A DNA stretch of 64,000 nucleotides from Yuukianura sp. NJ FZ-2021 (Eukaryota): assembly GCA_046563655.1 (NCBI GenBank), contig CM102287.1:10106001-10170000 (forward strand). The letters are read 5' to 3'. The position numbers and the translations under genes were made by a program. This document shows, piece by piece, positions 1 through 12,788 of this stretch; the stretch's first letter is position 1, and each line of letters begins with the position of its first letter. The notes below the pieces were generated by a model. It ran no database searches and was not told where the DNA came from. It saw only the letters and a program-made list of their open reading frames with translations.

Positions 1-129
1 GAACAGAAATTTTGAACAGGTACGGTAACCTTCACCTTCTTTTTCATTGTTACCCTTCTATTTACTGCTTTTTCCAAAAACAAAACTTTTTTTTGAAAAA
101 TAATCTGCTAACTATGGTTTCTGTAACTG

Positions 130-3100
130 TTAACTTGTTTCAAAATTCCAAATTTTGCCATCTCGACATCCCGACCAAATCATTGAATAATTCGGATCAA
201 AACAGGAATCTAAAACAGACGACCGCATTCCACACAAGGTCGTCACTTTGGCATTGATTTTTCGTATATCATAAACTGAGATCTGTTCAAACACAAAATG
301 AAAATTAAGAAACCAACTCATTTTTCAGATTTTCAACTTTTTTCGAAATATTTTTGAAAAAGTGGTTACCGCGTTCTCTTCAAATCCGGAAGCAATGTAT
401 TTCCCACAGGGTGAAAGTGCTGGACGGCAATTCTGTACAAATCTTTGCTTGTTCACATCCAGATCTCCAATGCGACAAACACATCTGAAATTAAAGATCC
501 GTAATTACTTTACAATTACAAGTTACTATGAATTACTCTGTAATTACTGTGAACTACTTTATAATTACTGTGAACTACTTTATAATTACTATTAATTACA
601 GTGTAATTACTTTGCAATTCGTAAGTCCCATATTTTGATTGGATCGTAGTGTGAATTTGTAGCTGTCAGGAACAAATCACAGAGGAAAGTCGCTGCAAGT
701 CCTTTGGGCGTTTCGTTAATTCGAATTAAAGAAATTGGTTTCGAGTGAGCATTTGAAATTGACACAATTTCTTTTTCAGCATTGAGGTCAAACGCTGCCA
801 AACACTTATTTGAACCACTCCATAGAATTGTACCTAACATATAAAAAAAATCAAAACTTCACGTTTTGAATAATTCAAAATTTTCAAAAATTAGAAAATG
901 GGAGTGACTTGCTTGAATAAAATTGATTCGGTGCTGCTAGAGCTCTAATTTGCTTAGGACTCATTTGGAAACGACCAGCTTCCAGTGTTACCGAATTTGG
1001 TTCTTGAATTCGAAAAGCGTAGAGCACAATTTCGTTATCTTCTGGCTGGAGAATGAATTTGTCCAAGTAAAAAAATTGAGCATGAAGATGTTCTTTGAAT
1101 TTGAATTTGGAATTTGGCACTTGAAGTGAAAGAACTTCCTTCTCCAGTTTCCAGTTGACAATGTCAGTCTTTCCAGTATTAGTTCCAATCAACTAAAATT
1201 TTCAAAAATTCTTATCATTTTCAAAACGTTGAAAGAAAACAAAATAATTTTTAAACTTAAAACTTAAAAATCCTTACCAAATGATGTTTGTTGTTGAATG
1301 AGAACTGTAGGGAAGTAATCCGACTTGGATCTTTCAAAAGACACATCGGTTGAAACTGTGGATACGTTTTGAAAATGATCAAAGGCGCTGCATCTCCACC
1401 GACAGCCATTTCATGACCGTTGACACTAAAAGTCATGCGCATTTCAGACAGACTGGACAACCGCGTGGGTAAACACAGTCCATCGGATTTCACTTGCTCT
1501 TCAAACAAATTGGAGTATCCATCGTATCGTTTTTTCTGTGAGATGAAAACAGGACGAGCAGATACCGGAGGCGAGTCGTTTTCAGTTCCACTACCATTGG
1601 CATAGGGTTTTCTGGAAGAAGGTGCTGTTGGTGCTGTTGACATCCGACGATTGCGAAATGTCGCTGGAGAAGCGAGTGCTGCCGTAGTAAGCGACATTCG
1701 ACGGAATGCTGCTGGAGAAACCATTCCAGCCGAAACTGATGGCTTGACGGATTGACATTTCGGCGGAAGTTTTGAAGTTCCAGCGGAACTGGAACGTCTA
1801 AAATGAGAAATTCCAGAAGTCGGAGGACGCCTTTTCAGCGTACCGGCTGGAATGGGGCGTTTCGGAGGACGAGGACTAGAGAGCTTCTTCCGTAAAACGG
1901 ATTTCACTTCGATTGGTTTTCTAAAAACAAAAGTATTATTTTTCAAAAGCGATTAATTTTTTCAAAAAAAAAGTGTGAACTTACGTTGTGCAAATAGTGA
2001 AATTTTCATTTTCAGCGTCTAGACCAATCTGGATCTGGAGTTGAAAAGTGTACACCGATTTGGCGCAAATCGGTTGAACTGCGAAGGTAAATATTGGAGA
2101 CTTGCGTGTTGTACATAACTTTGCATTTGCAACCATCACACTTGAAACATCTTCTGGCAAGAAATCTAAGATCAAAAGTCAAACTAAAGTTAAATTTTAG
2201 TTTAATTGAAATGTTAATTAAAACTTACGGTGGTAGGGTTGACAGAACTCAATTTCGCCGCTTGTCAAATTGACGATCCAAAGCCCTTTGGAAGTTGCCA
2301 CTACGATTGGAATTTTGGGACATTGAACTTGTCGCTTGTCGAAATATGTGACGCTGTTGTTGAGTACTTCAATGTCACTCTCTTCAGTGTCATTTTCTGG
2401 AACACCTTCTACTTCTGAACCACAGTGTCCATAAAAGAATTGAGCAGAGAAAATTCGAAATTCGACTTGGATATTTCCATTAGCATCTTCTGAATTCTTG
2501 AGAGGTTCCCATGATGAAAGAGAGAAATCTACAAAAATTCATCAAAAAATTTCTCGCTTTTGTAATTTTGGAATTGACTTTCTTCTCATTACCTTCCAAT
2601 TTGAGACGACTTAAGAGACAAAAGCCTTTGCCGGTGACTGCAAATAATTCGCAGTGTCCTTCAGGACTCACGATGACCAACGTGTACTCTTCAGGGTAAC
2701 TTCCACTGCCACGCATGTCTACTCCAGAAATGGATTTACTTTGAGATGCAAGTCGATGGTCCTTCAATCGAAATCCATCCTCGGAGGAAACTTCCCAAAT
2801 CTAACAACAAAAAGGCTAAATTAGTTTGGAATGGTGTGATTGGTAGCATTTACGATAAGTTCAAAGTGAATGTTACTTATTTCTATACCTTTAGTGAAAC
2901 TGAATTCCCAGTGGACATTCCCACGACATGAAGAACGTCCTGGAAGAACGTTAAGTTGAGCCATGTAAAGGATTCGTTGACTCTGTCCAAAGAGGCAGTT
3001 ATGTCTATGCAAGTGAGTTCAAGCAGTCCGAATTCTGTCTGGAAATGGTAGGCATAACCCGAGTCGAGATCGTGCCTAAAACGTTTTAGTCGTTTCTGAT

Positions 3101-3726
3101 GGGAGGATTCGTGTTGGTCTTACCAAAGGAGAATCACGCGACGTGCTTTCGATGATCACAAGTTCGTTAACCTTTGCCAAGCATGTGATGATGTTGTCAC
3201 CGCGTACAACCACGGCACAGCTCAGGATCCGGCCCAAGTCTACGCCTATTGTGGCACTACTGAACGTTTCTGCAAATCACAAATCAATTACCTCAGCACA
3301 ATTCCAAAGATTGAACTAATTGATTGATACTAATAATAAAATGACATACTTAGCAATCCATCTAGCTTCGACAAGATGACGTCTTCCTCTGAACAACTGC
3401 ATAGCAGCCAACCTGGATCAGTGACTCCAATGCATGTTACTGGACTGGAATGAGTCGTAACAACTGACAAGTCCTGTTCATAAATCAACTCAGTTCAGCG
3501 AAGTAGTTAGATTTCTATTTCAATTACTAATCCTTACCGGATCCAAAACGTCGGTTGAAGAGCAATGGGTATCCTTGGGAGTTGACAGTTGCTTGCATGC
3601 TACGATTTGTCCTTGGATGACATACAACATGGACTCTGTTGGATGGAATTTTGTAGTAGCAGTATCCAGCCCGGTTTGGGCCGAGTTAGAAACACTAACG
3701 AAAACGTTTTGTTGACGACCCAGCAT
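130..3726 (-). CDS. WDR27: WD40-repeat protein, WDR27-like (multi-exon)
   Basis: Spliced minus-strand exons give WD40 repeats (HSKPISLIRIN...FLTAT...IKIWDLR; PALSPCGKYIASGFEENA; ISVYDIR...IWSGCRDGKIWNFETS*). These resemble the WDR27 C-terminal propeller. There is a central Ser/Pro/Arg-rich linker (1257-1946). The start ATG at 3726 is tentative. Confidence 0.7.
520..610. repeat. Intronic ~21-bp degenerate tandem repeat (aattactgtgaactactttat)
   Basis: Directly visible repeated units inside a WDR27 intron. Confidence 0.7.
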
Positions 3727-4201
3727 CGTAAACCTGTTAAATAAAACACCCCACCCGGAATAACTGGATGGAAGGTCAAGGTCACGTCATAAAACAACAG
3801 CAGAGAATTTTTGTTTTTCTTCAACTTTTCCTTTTTCGTTGTTGACTCTCATTTTGATGTTCAAACTTTCACGTGGCATCAAAGTTGCTACAGCTCAAAT
3901 TTTAAAAACTTGAAAATTAAAAAATTTGGACCAACTTTCGACTAATTAATCCAATTTGCTTTACAAGGCAGTGAGGTCAACAAATCACAGAAAAATTCGA
4001 AACCAACAGAATTCAAAAAGTTTTTAAATAACTGTTTCGTTTTAAATAACGTTGTTGGACTGGAGAAAGCCACATTCACATTTTGGTCAACATCCACCTT
4101 CATTTTTAAGATTTGTGTCAAGCTAAAGGTGTATGTGATCAACAATTGTTTGAATAAAAGTGAACGTTCTTAAAACGTTTGTTGTTGTTTAGGTGTGCTG
4201 A

Positions 4202-6719
4202 CTACTTTCGAATGGAGACGGATTTTTGCCAATCGGGTTTCAGTTCCTCTGCAACTGCTTTCCGGATGTACTGCAAATACTTCTCTGGCAAATTGGCGTC
4301 TCTGTAACATTAAAGTAGTGATTTTTGAAAACAGAATTTAGAAAAGTTAAAAATTTTAATTTTGAAAGTTTTACTCAAGTTCTTCCAGTTTCTGTTCCAT
4401 GGTGCACTTGAGTTCACGCTCTCGTTTCGCAAGGTCACGACGCAAATTGATTCCTTCAATGAAGTGAGCTTTGCGTTCCTGTACTTGACGCATCTGATAG
4501 TCATGGATTTGCTCACGCAGAGCATATCGGTAACGTGCATTCTCCTGAAAAATTTTCAAAATTTTGAAAATTTCAAATTTTTTTTTTTGGAAATTTGAGT
4601 CTTAAGAAATTAGTAAACACAAACTGGTGAAAGCCTCACCAGTTTCTTCTCTTCAATCAGTTTTTTCTCATCTTCAAACCGCTGTGTTTGGTGGTCAAAA
4701 ACGGCATCATAGGCAGCTTAAAAAAAGTTACAAATCTTGAATCTTTTTGAAATTAAATTTTTGAAAAACTTTACTTTCCTAAACCTTTTAGTAAAACTTA
4801 CCCTTGTCGTATGCCGCTTGTTCGCAGAAGAAGTCTTGACGGTCACGGATCTGCGTCAAAATCGTACGACGCAACTCACGCATGTCCTCTTCACGTTTCC
4901 GGATTGCGTCGCGTTCACGTTGTCGCCACGCCCTCTCTTGTTCCTCTTGATGTCGCCGTGCTCTAAGTTCGTCACGCAGCGCTTTGGCATCAAGTTGTCG
5001 CTTCTGGGCTTCACCCTGAGCACGATTTGCCGCTGCTTTAGCTTTCTTCTGTTCTTCTTTCTCCTTTTCAGCTCGCTCCTCCTCCTCTCGACGCTGTTTC
5101 TGCCATTCCATCAACTACAAATTCAAAAAACAACTTTTTAAACTTTTTTGAATAGAAAATTTCTCCAAATTTTGAAAAGTGTACACGCAGGTCCTGTTGT
5201 TTATCAAATTCCTTGTTTTCCTTCTTCTGCTGCATCATCTCCAACTGATTTTCCATCAAAATGCGACCCAGTTCCTGTTTTTTCTCAATTTCCAAATTCC
5301 GTTTTTTCATGTCCTCAATTTCCTGCTGCTCCCAAATTTGTCTCATCTGCTCTCTCTCCATCTCAGACATTTGTTTCTCCAAGTATCTAATAAAATAAAT
5401 TAATAAAATATATAAAATAATTAATAAAATATATCAAACTATTAATTTATAATAACTTACTTGTAGGCTTCTTTTTCATCCATTTGCAAGCGAATGGCTT
5501 CTTTGAGTTGCAGTCGCTTGGTTTCCAAATCTTCCAATTCTTTTTCATCGTCACGAATCAGCGCATGTGCTTTGTCTTGTACAAGCAATGCGTACAATCG
5601 TTTCTCCTCTTCGGCTTGTTCACACCTTCAAAAAGTTACAGAAATTTCAAAAATGTTACAAAAAATTGAAAATTTTACACAAATGCTGACCGAATCAAAA
5701 CTTTTTCAGCCAACTGAGCTTCTCGAATGGCTTGAACTTTGGCTGCCAAAATGACTTGATTGATTGTGCGAATTTCGGGTTCGTCATTCTTGATGATTTT
5801 GTCTGCTCGACAGAGGATTTCATCCATGTCCTGTTTTCAAAAAAGTGAAAATTTTCGAAATTTCAAAAAAAAAAGTGTTTTTTTTTTGACAGAGTACTTC
5901 TCGTGCTTCTGGACTGAGAGAATCACGAATTCGACATGCGTCAATCAATCTCATTTCTTCTGCCAATTCACGACAAGTTTCCCGCTTAATCGCTTCAGCC
6001 TCTTGTTCCTTCTTGCACTCCGCTAATTTGTCTTCTTTGCTCTTCACCTAAAAACAAATTTCAAAATTTGAAATTTTCAAAATTCAAAATTTTCAAAATT
6101 TTTAGTAGTTTACACAGGCAGTGCTGAAGAGACGCTGATACTGATCTTGTGAAATGACGACGGGATGTTCCGTTTTGAGTTCATTGTGAATGTAAAGGTC
6201 ACGGACGCTGTCAGGGTCATAAATCACGACTTTCTCACGACACTCACGCCACGGAGCAGGAATTGGACAGTTGCAATTGGCCAAGTTGCACAGAGTGCAG
6301 ATTCCTAAAAACCAAAAATTAGAATTTCAAAATTTCGAAATTTCAAAGTGTGCGGAAACCCGGAACTTGCCGATCCTGCCTTCGGAGCAATTCGGATCGG
6401 TGAATTGTCTCGGCGCTGGTTTGCGAATGACCCGAGGCTTGCAGGGGTCACGACAAGGACGTCGGATTTTGCAGGGGTCAGGCACATACTGGTGACGATA
6501 GGCACTCTCGTACTCTGTCCAGCCAAAAGGCCGAACCGTGTTGTCATTCAAACCAGGCATAGCATCGGCAAACTCCAAAAAACAAAAAATTAGTTCAAAT
6601 TTTTTCATAAAATTTTGAATTTTTTGAAAATTGGGACTTACAATAAGTGCCTTCCCCATGTCCACTTTTGGTGGACTGCATTTGTCGTTGATGTAAACGT
6701 ACTTTTTTGGTTTCGACAT
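4202..6719 (-). CDS. CFAP45: Cilia- and flagella-associated protein 45 (CCDC19/TPH coiled coil), multi-exon
   Basis: Long E/R/K/Q coiled-coil exons including KALRDELRARRHQEEQERAWRQRERDA and C-terminal KLEEL..DANLPEKYLQYIRK, matching CFAP45 motifs. ATG at 6719, TAG at 4202-4204. Confidence 0.8.
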
Positions 6720-6936
6720 TTTGAAAAGAAGCCGGAGCAGTTTCAATTAGTTGTGATGAATTTAATGTCAATTAACAATTAATTAATTGTTGATTACTGG
6801 TCCTGAAATGTCTAAGGTCACAACCATCCGGGTTTTATACGTGGAGGAACCTAAAATTGAGAAAAATACTTAGTGGAGACTTTCCTGATTTATCGAACGG
6901 TTTGTTAGTACAACAAAATTGTATTTTTTTGGAATG

Positions 6937-6950
6937 GTTGTCATGGAAAC
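6937..6950. promoter_or_regulatory. RFX X-box (GTTGTCATGGAAAC) upstream of CFAP45
   Basis: Matches the X-box consensus GTYNYY-AT-RGNAAC and lies ~220 bp 5' of the ATG of a ciliary gene. Confidence 0.65.
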
Positions 6951-8228
6951 TGACATATTTTCATAAAATTTTCTACGCAAGAGCATTTTCCCCCATATTT
7001 AGCGTCTCTAGCATCGTTATTTGCTTAAATTTCCATCAATTATGACCTTTGACCTTTACAATTTATCTGTTTTGAAATTGGAAGTGATGACAAATCGATT
7101 TTGTGTAATTTGAAACGCAAGGCTTATCTTTTTTTTTTTTCAAATGCAAAGTCAACTTTCTTTGCTTTCTTTCAGTTTAATATCTAAAGTGTTTTTAAAA
7201 ATGTTCAAATAATGCATAAACATTTTTTTGAAAATGCTTGTTCAAATAGGACTCTGTTCTTAAAAAGTTTTTTGAACAAAAGCAGTCCATTTCGTGACAG
7301 GTTTTTGACAACACGCAAAGTCAAAAGTTTCAATGTCAACAATTGTTTTGGTTTTTTTTCCTGGAAGGACACTGGAGTGTCCGTGTCAACGTCAGTAGAA
7401 CGTCAATCGTTGTCCAGAAAACTAAATTTAAACCATAAACCGAAAACTTGTGGTAGTAAAATACGAAGTTACTGACCATAATCGCGTAAATCCAAAGATG
7501 CACTTGAAACGTCTTCAAGGTCAACACTTTTTACTGGTTTTGTCTTTTGTGTATTTTCTGGAGGAGTCAACACAGCTGACTGTCTAGTGACAGATTTAAC
7601 TCAAATGATAAACTTGATTAAATTAAATGCAAAATGCATTTTAGAAACTTATAGTCTGTTGCAGAACTTGGCAGAGTTAACACCGTCTCCACAAAAAAAT
7701 ACACCCACTGGATTTTCAAGGTCAAAAAACTGGTTGCGTGACCTCTGCTGCGAAGAAGTTTTCAAAACTGAGCAATGTCATCTTCGGCCGCCTGGATTCC
7801 ACAAGGAGCTGTGCATTTTACACTTGACCTTTGACCTCTTCCGGTAAAGTTTCGGAATCGGGGCTATGCCCAGATTTGGATGACATATTTTTTTCTAGAC
7901 TAATTCGAGGGTGCTGAAACCGATTATGACAGAATTTTTCTCCGGAAATGAACGGAAGTATTTTTTTTTTTTTGGAAATTTTGAAGATTGAAATCTCTCT
8001 ATAAGGACACATGTTAATTTTTTCTGAAATTAGGTTTTTGCTTCTATTTTGCTAAGTTAGGTTAGGTAACGTTTGTTAAAGTGTTGAACGATGTTTCTAA
8101 AACGTTTAGGTTAGGTTTGGTTAGATTAGAAATTGAGAAAATCTGGGTCATGCCCCTATTCCGAAACTTTTCCCCTCTTCCTTTGACCTTTGGTGACTAA
8201 TTGATAGTACATAAGCCATGACTAAGGA

Positions 8229-10004
8229 ATGAGTCCTGTTAATACTTTTGAAGATTTTGAGATAGAAGAAGAGCAGCAACAACAGAAGAGGAGTAACGGT
8301 AACGTGGATCCCCACTTGACAACGCCTTCGATCAACGATCTTAACATTAGCACAAATTTTGCAAGGAAAATGGAGGTCAAGCTTGGCCTGGGTCAAGGGT
8401 CAGGTCACGTTAGATTGCAGGAAGAAACGTTTTCTGGGGACAGGAGTCGGTCGGTTGACATTCCCGTGCCGGTAAGATTGTTTTTTCTGGGGCAGTGAAA
8501 CGTTTTTTATACGTTTTTTTTTTGTCAAAATTTTCGATTTTTTTTCGTTTTTTCACAGGTCACGCCCCCAAGTCACCCGCGAATGGCGGAAAAGAAGTAC
8601 TGGAAGTTGAGTTTCCGGATTGTGCTGCTGCCGTTGATACTTCTGGGTATCCCAGCACATTTGGCGTTGATGAAACGACGTGTCACGGGAAGGTCAGAGT
8701 GGATCCGGAGCTTGGTATCGCTACGCAACGTTCCGCTGTCGATTTTCAACATACTGGTGCTGGCCATGTCAATTGTTGTCAACGTCTACGTTCTCAAAAA
8801 TATCGTTCAGATGTTTGACATTCTGATCATTCGAGGAGTGCTCGATGCCCAAGTTTTTCTTAACCTGGTCAATCTCGTCCAGAACCTACCGATCATCATA
8901 CCCATGATGTTCATCTGGGTATGGGGTAAGGCAACCTTACATTACTTACATCATACCTTACATAACTTACATAACTTAGAACTAATTGACCGTCATGTTT
9001 CCAGGGTTCGTGCTGCGTGACCTCATCCTGAGCTTCACTCGACCGACGCTGTCCGATTCGTTTCTGCAAAACCCAGATCTGTTCCAGGGTCCATCGCCCG
9101 ATTTACCCGGGAGATTCAAATTAATCTTGATGTATTTCCTCATCACTTTCATCCATACCGTCCACATCTATCTCTACTCCGCCCATGCTGTCAATAACAC
9201 CGATGACCGTGACATCCTGCCCTGGTTGACCCACTTTCTGAGCTACTTCATTGGACCCGTCTTCAGTACTTTACTGCTCCCAATATACTCCACCTTCTGC
9301 TGGGCCTGTCAACGACACTACTCTATTCTAACACGCTATGTTCAGACACTCATCGCACTCAGAGCCACTCCGGATGTCAGCTACTTCAATCGCTTCAAAC
9401 TCGCTTTTAGAGAACTGTCCGATCGAGTCCAGGTCCTCAATCAGCTGTTTGCTTTATACTTTTCCTGGATTATCATCAACGTCCTGCTGTCAATGTACGT
9501 CGAAGCTTGGGATCTCATCATGGCATTCTTTGACTCCATGGAGAAGTACAACAAGCAAGCAGAACAAGCACAGCAGAACGATGGATCCTCGACTTCGATT
9601 CCGCCGCCCGTATATCCCCCACCCGAACTTGTCCGATCGCTGGTCGGATTTCTGTTCATCATTCTTCTCAAAGTCGTTCTACTGCTATTTACATATTGGC
9701 AAGCTGTGAGAACCAATGACATGGCACGAGCACTCAACATTTGGCTCAACGATTTCCTCACAGAACCCAACGCCAATGTGTCCGTCGACAACTACAATGC
9801 CGTAAGTTCAAAAAGTTTAGAAATTGAAAAAAAAAATAGCTTTTTTTGAGTTTTCGTTTTGATTTTTCTCAGTTTCGACTTTTGAAATTCTATCTACGAT
9901 CAAGAATGCAACAACCACGTCCATCGCTGCTGCGCATCCCGATTCTCGCATGTGTTCCATCTCTCAAATCGCGTCTCAGTCCTAGTTTTGTAGATCAATA
10001 CTAA
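8229..10004 (+). CDS. Gustatory-receptor-like multi-pass membrane protein (4 exons)
   Basis: Exons 8229-8471, 8559-8925, 9005-9801 and 9873-10004 join in frame through GT-AG introns. About 6 hydrophobic helices with GR-like spacing (ELSDRVQVLNQLFALYFSWIII; LLFTYWQAVRTNDMA). The last exon is uncertain and lacks the GR TM7 signature. Confidence 0.6.
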
Positions 10005-10817
10005 AATGGTAACGTAGTTGAAGTAGTTCGTAATTAATAGTTCCTAGTTTGTTAACTAACAATGCAAACCTATAATTTAATAATGACATAATTTATTAAC
10101 TTACAAAGTAATCTAAGCATTTTGTTCCCGGGTCAAGTAATAATCCAACTCACAATTTGAAAATGGGAATTAAAAATTGAAATCTCATTGAGGAATTAGG
10201 TGTTTTCGGTAACATTTGTTTCTTAATAATGTTACGGGGTATAAATTAGTTGGAGGTCCGCCATTTCACCTTCTTTTGGACTAATTAACTTAAGTAATTG
10301 ACTTAGATTAGTCAATTAATTGGTTTCGGCGTATCATTCGGCGTGGGTTGTGTGTTTGTATGCTACTTGCTCTACCCTCTGTGAGAAGTCAAGGGATCCT
10401 CCGTTCTATTCCACTTGGCAGACCAAGTTAAAAAAAAAAGTTGACGAGACGAGTATTGAACGAGAGACACAAAAGTAGAGGAGAATCCCGTTACAATACA
10501 ATCTTACCAAATACCCAAGGAACACAATTCAAGAGCAGTCTCATCGATTATCAATTGAAAACTTAAGGTGGAGACCCTGCTACGTTGTCCAGTGACTCCA
10601 GAGGTACATACGGACTAAGCTACGAAGGGAATGAACAGTCACCAGACCACAAACAGCTGATTTACACTGGTAGTTGGGTTCAACACATCGAATTTCGGGA
10701 CGGCTGTTAAGAAGTACTGACGAAGTATTTGAGAAGTACCGCCGAAGTATTTGCTAACTTGGATAGCTTTAGAACAACTGGGAGGGAGAGCAGATTGTCC
10801 ATAGTGGACGATTAATC

Positions 10818-12112
10818 ATGTTAATTACACTAATTATCAACCCCACCACGGGCAAGGAGTTCACGATTGAAATCGATTCGGAAACGACAGTAGAGGAGCT
10901 CAAGCGGATCTTATCGAAGAAGCTTAAGGTCGGGAGGGAGGTCATCAGTCTCTTGTACATGAATGGGTAAGTTGACCTCATGAATTAATCTTTAATTGTG
11001 AAACTAAGTAATTGAAATCGTTTTGTTTACGTTTTAGATTACTTACAACTGGTACATTGGCTTCCCATGAACTAACTACTGGATCTACTCTCAGATTAGT
11101 TCCATGTATTGAAACTGGCATACTAGTAAGACATAAATCTCCCAAAGTTAGTGCTTAATTACTGCCAATTACTAATTAACTCTTGTTTTCGATTTTAAAC
11201 CGAATGTTAATGAAATGTTATGATTCTAATAGACACCTCGACCGGAGCAAAGTGTCCTGGAGGCCCTGGAGTCTCTCAATGAAAATCAAGTGTCAGATTT
11301 CCTTACTGGCAAGTCACCACTCAACTTGACCATGAGACTAGGAGAGCATGTGATGCTAATTCAATTGCAGCTTAGTAAAGGTAAAACACAATCGATAACT
11401 TAGTGTAGTCACTCTAGAATCTTAAGTTAAGAAAGTAATCGATTAATTGACTTATCTTTAGGAATTCCTGCCTCTTCTTCAGCCTCTAACCAGTCTACTC
11501 CCACCGTTTCAATTAGTAAACAAAGTGAAGCTGAAGCTGGGCCCTCTTCGAAGCCAAATCTATCCGAAGCTTCACGAAGTCTTACGAATACACTCAAGAA
11601 GCTCTCTACGACGGTCTCCAAGGAAGACGACCTCTCTCGACACATGCACCATCACGGCAAGGGAATCTACTCCGGAACGTTCTCCGGTAAGTTAACTAAT
11701 TAAGAATTATAGTTAATTGATTTTCTTAAACTTCAATTAGTTACTGATTTGGTCAATTCCAGGCACGTTGAATCCAATTCTGCAAGATACAGCTGGGAAA
11801 CCCAAGAAGCATGTCAGTACCATCGTTCACATTCTGAATGACTTGTTGGGTGGAGTGGACTTGAAGGGCTCCTCTGCCATGAGTTCCAGAAGAGACGAAC
11901 CTTCGACGTCCGGAACAAGTAATGCTGGCAGTAGTGGTGGCACTAAACGCAAAACTGAAGTGTCGCCGTCTGGACAACCAGAGAAAATGGCACGAGCAGA
12001 GACTGCTAATCCAGAAGAAAACATTCTTCTCAAGTCCAAGGTGGACCGACTAATTAACGAACTCAAACTAAAGAAGAAAGAGAGACTCCAGCGTCACAAC
12101 ATCACCAGTTAA
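10818..12112 (+). CDS. MIDN: Midnolin/Stuxnet homolog, 319 aa, 5 exons
   Basis: Ubl domain ([30 protein letters not shown]...[10 protein letters not shown]), Catch1 ([45 protein letters not shown]), Catch2 ([39 protein letters not shown]) and C-terminal helix ([12 protein letters not shown]...KKKER). Exons 10818-10966, 11038-11125, 11233-11380, 11462-11686, 11763-12112. Confidence 0.92.
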
Positions 12113-12489
12113 GCAGCGTAGAGCCCTTAAGGGTCTCACTTAGATTGACCACTCCTAAGTACTACTGAGACTGCGTCTGACATGACGGCCAAGGGATGAT
12201 GGAAGGTGTGGGCCGTTATTTTTGTGATTTTTAGGAATTGATGACTTGATTTGTTTTCGTTTCAAGTTCTCATGTCGCTTTGTCTTAATTATTACAATGC
12301 TAATTAAACAGTGACGTTACTTAAGTGTTATTATGCTTATCACACAAGTTAATCAAGTAACTATTTAAATAAAATTCGCTCTATTAGAACACACAAGTTA
12401 AAAAACAGCGATTGTATTTTATTTTAAAACAGGCATAGATTTATAATAAGAGTTCTACTGGTTCTAGACAAGCGATGTAAACAAAATAT

Positions 12490-12788
12490 ACGTTTATAGC
12501 CTCCACGTTAACGTTTATACACGTTTATAGACGTGTTAAACGTTCACACAATCTACACTAATGACTACACGCGTGTGAACGTTTACCTGTCTTATTAAAC
12601 GTTTACACATGCGTTTCGATGTTTATAGACGTGTTAAACGTTTACGCACGTGTTTTAGACGTTTACACGCGCGTTTCAACGTTTATAGACGTGTTTAGAC
12701 GTTTATCTACGTGTTTAAACGTTTATGCACGCGATTAAACGTCTACACACGTATATATACGTTTACAGACGCGTTAAAAACGTTTACT
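12490..12788. repeat. Degenerate ~20-bp tandem repeat (gtttatagacgtgttaaac-like), CpG-rich
   Basis: More than 10 visible units between the MIDN 3' end and the stop codon of the ballast-domain gene. Confidence 0.8.

Noticed and set aside
8926..9004. Apparent frameshift between ORFs 8583-9020 and 8986-9849
   Set aside because: A 79-nt GT-AG intron (GTAAGG...TTCCAG) joins them in frame, so there is no recoding or pseudogene lesion.
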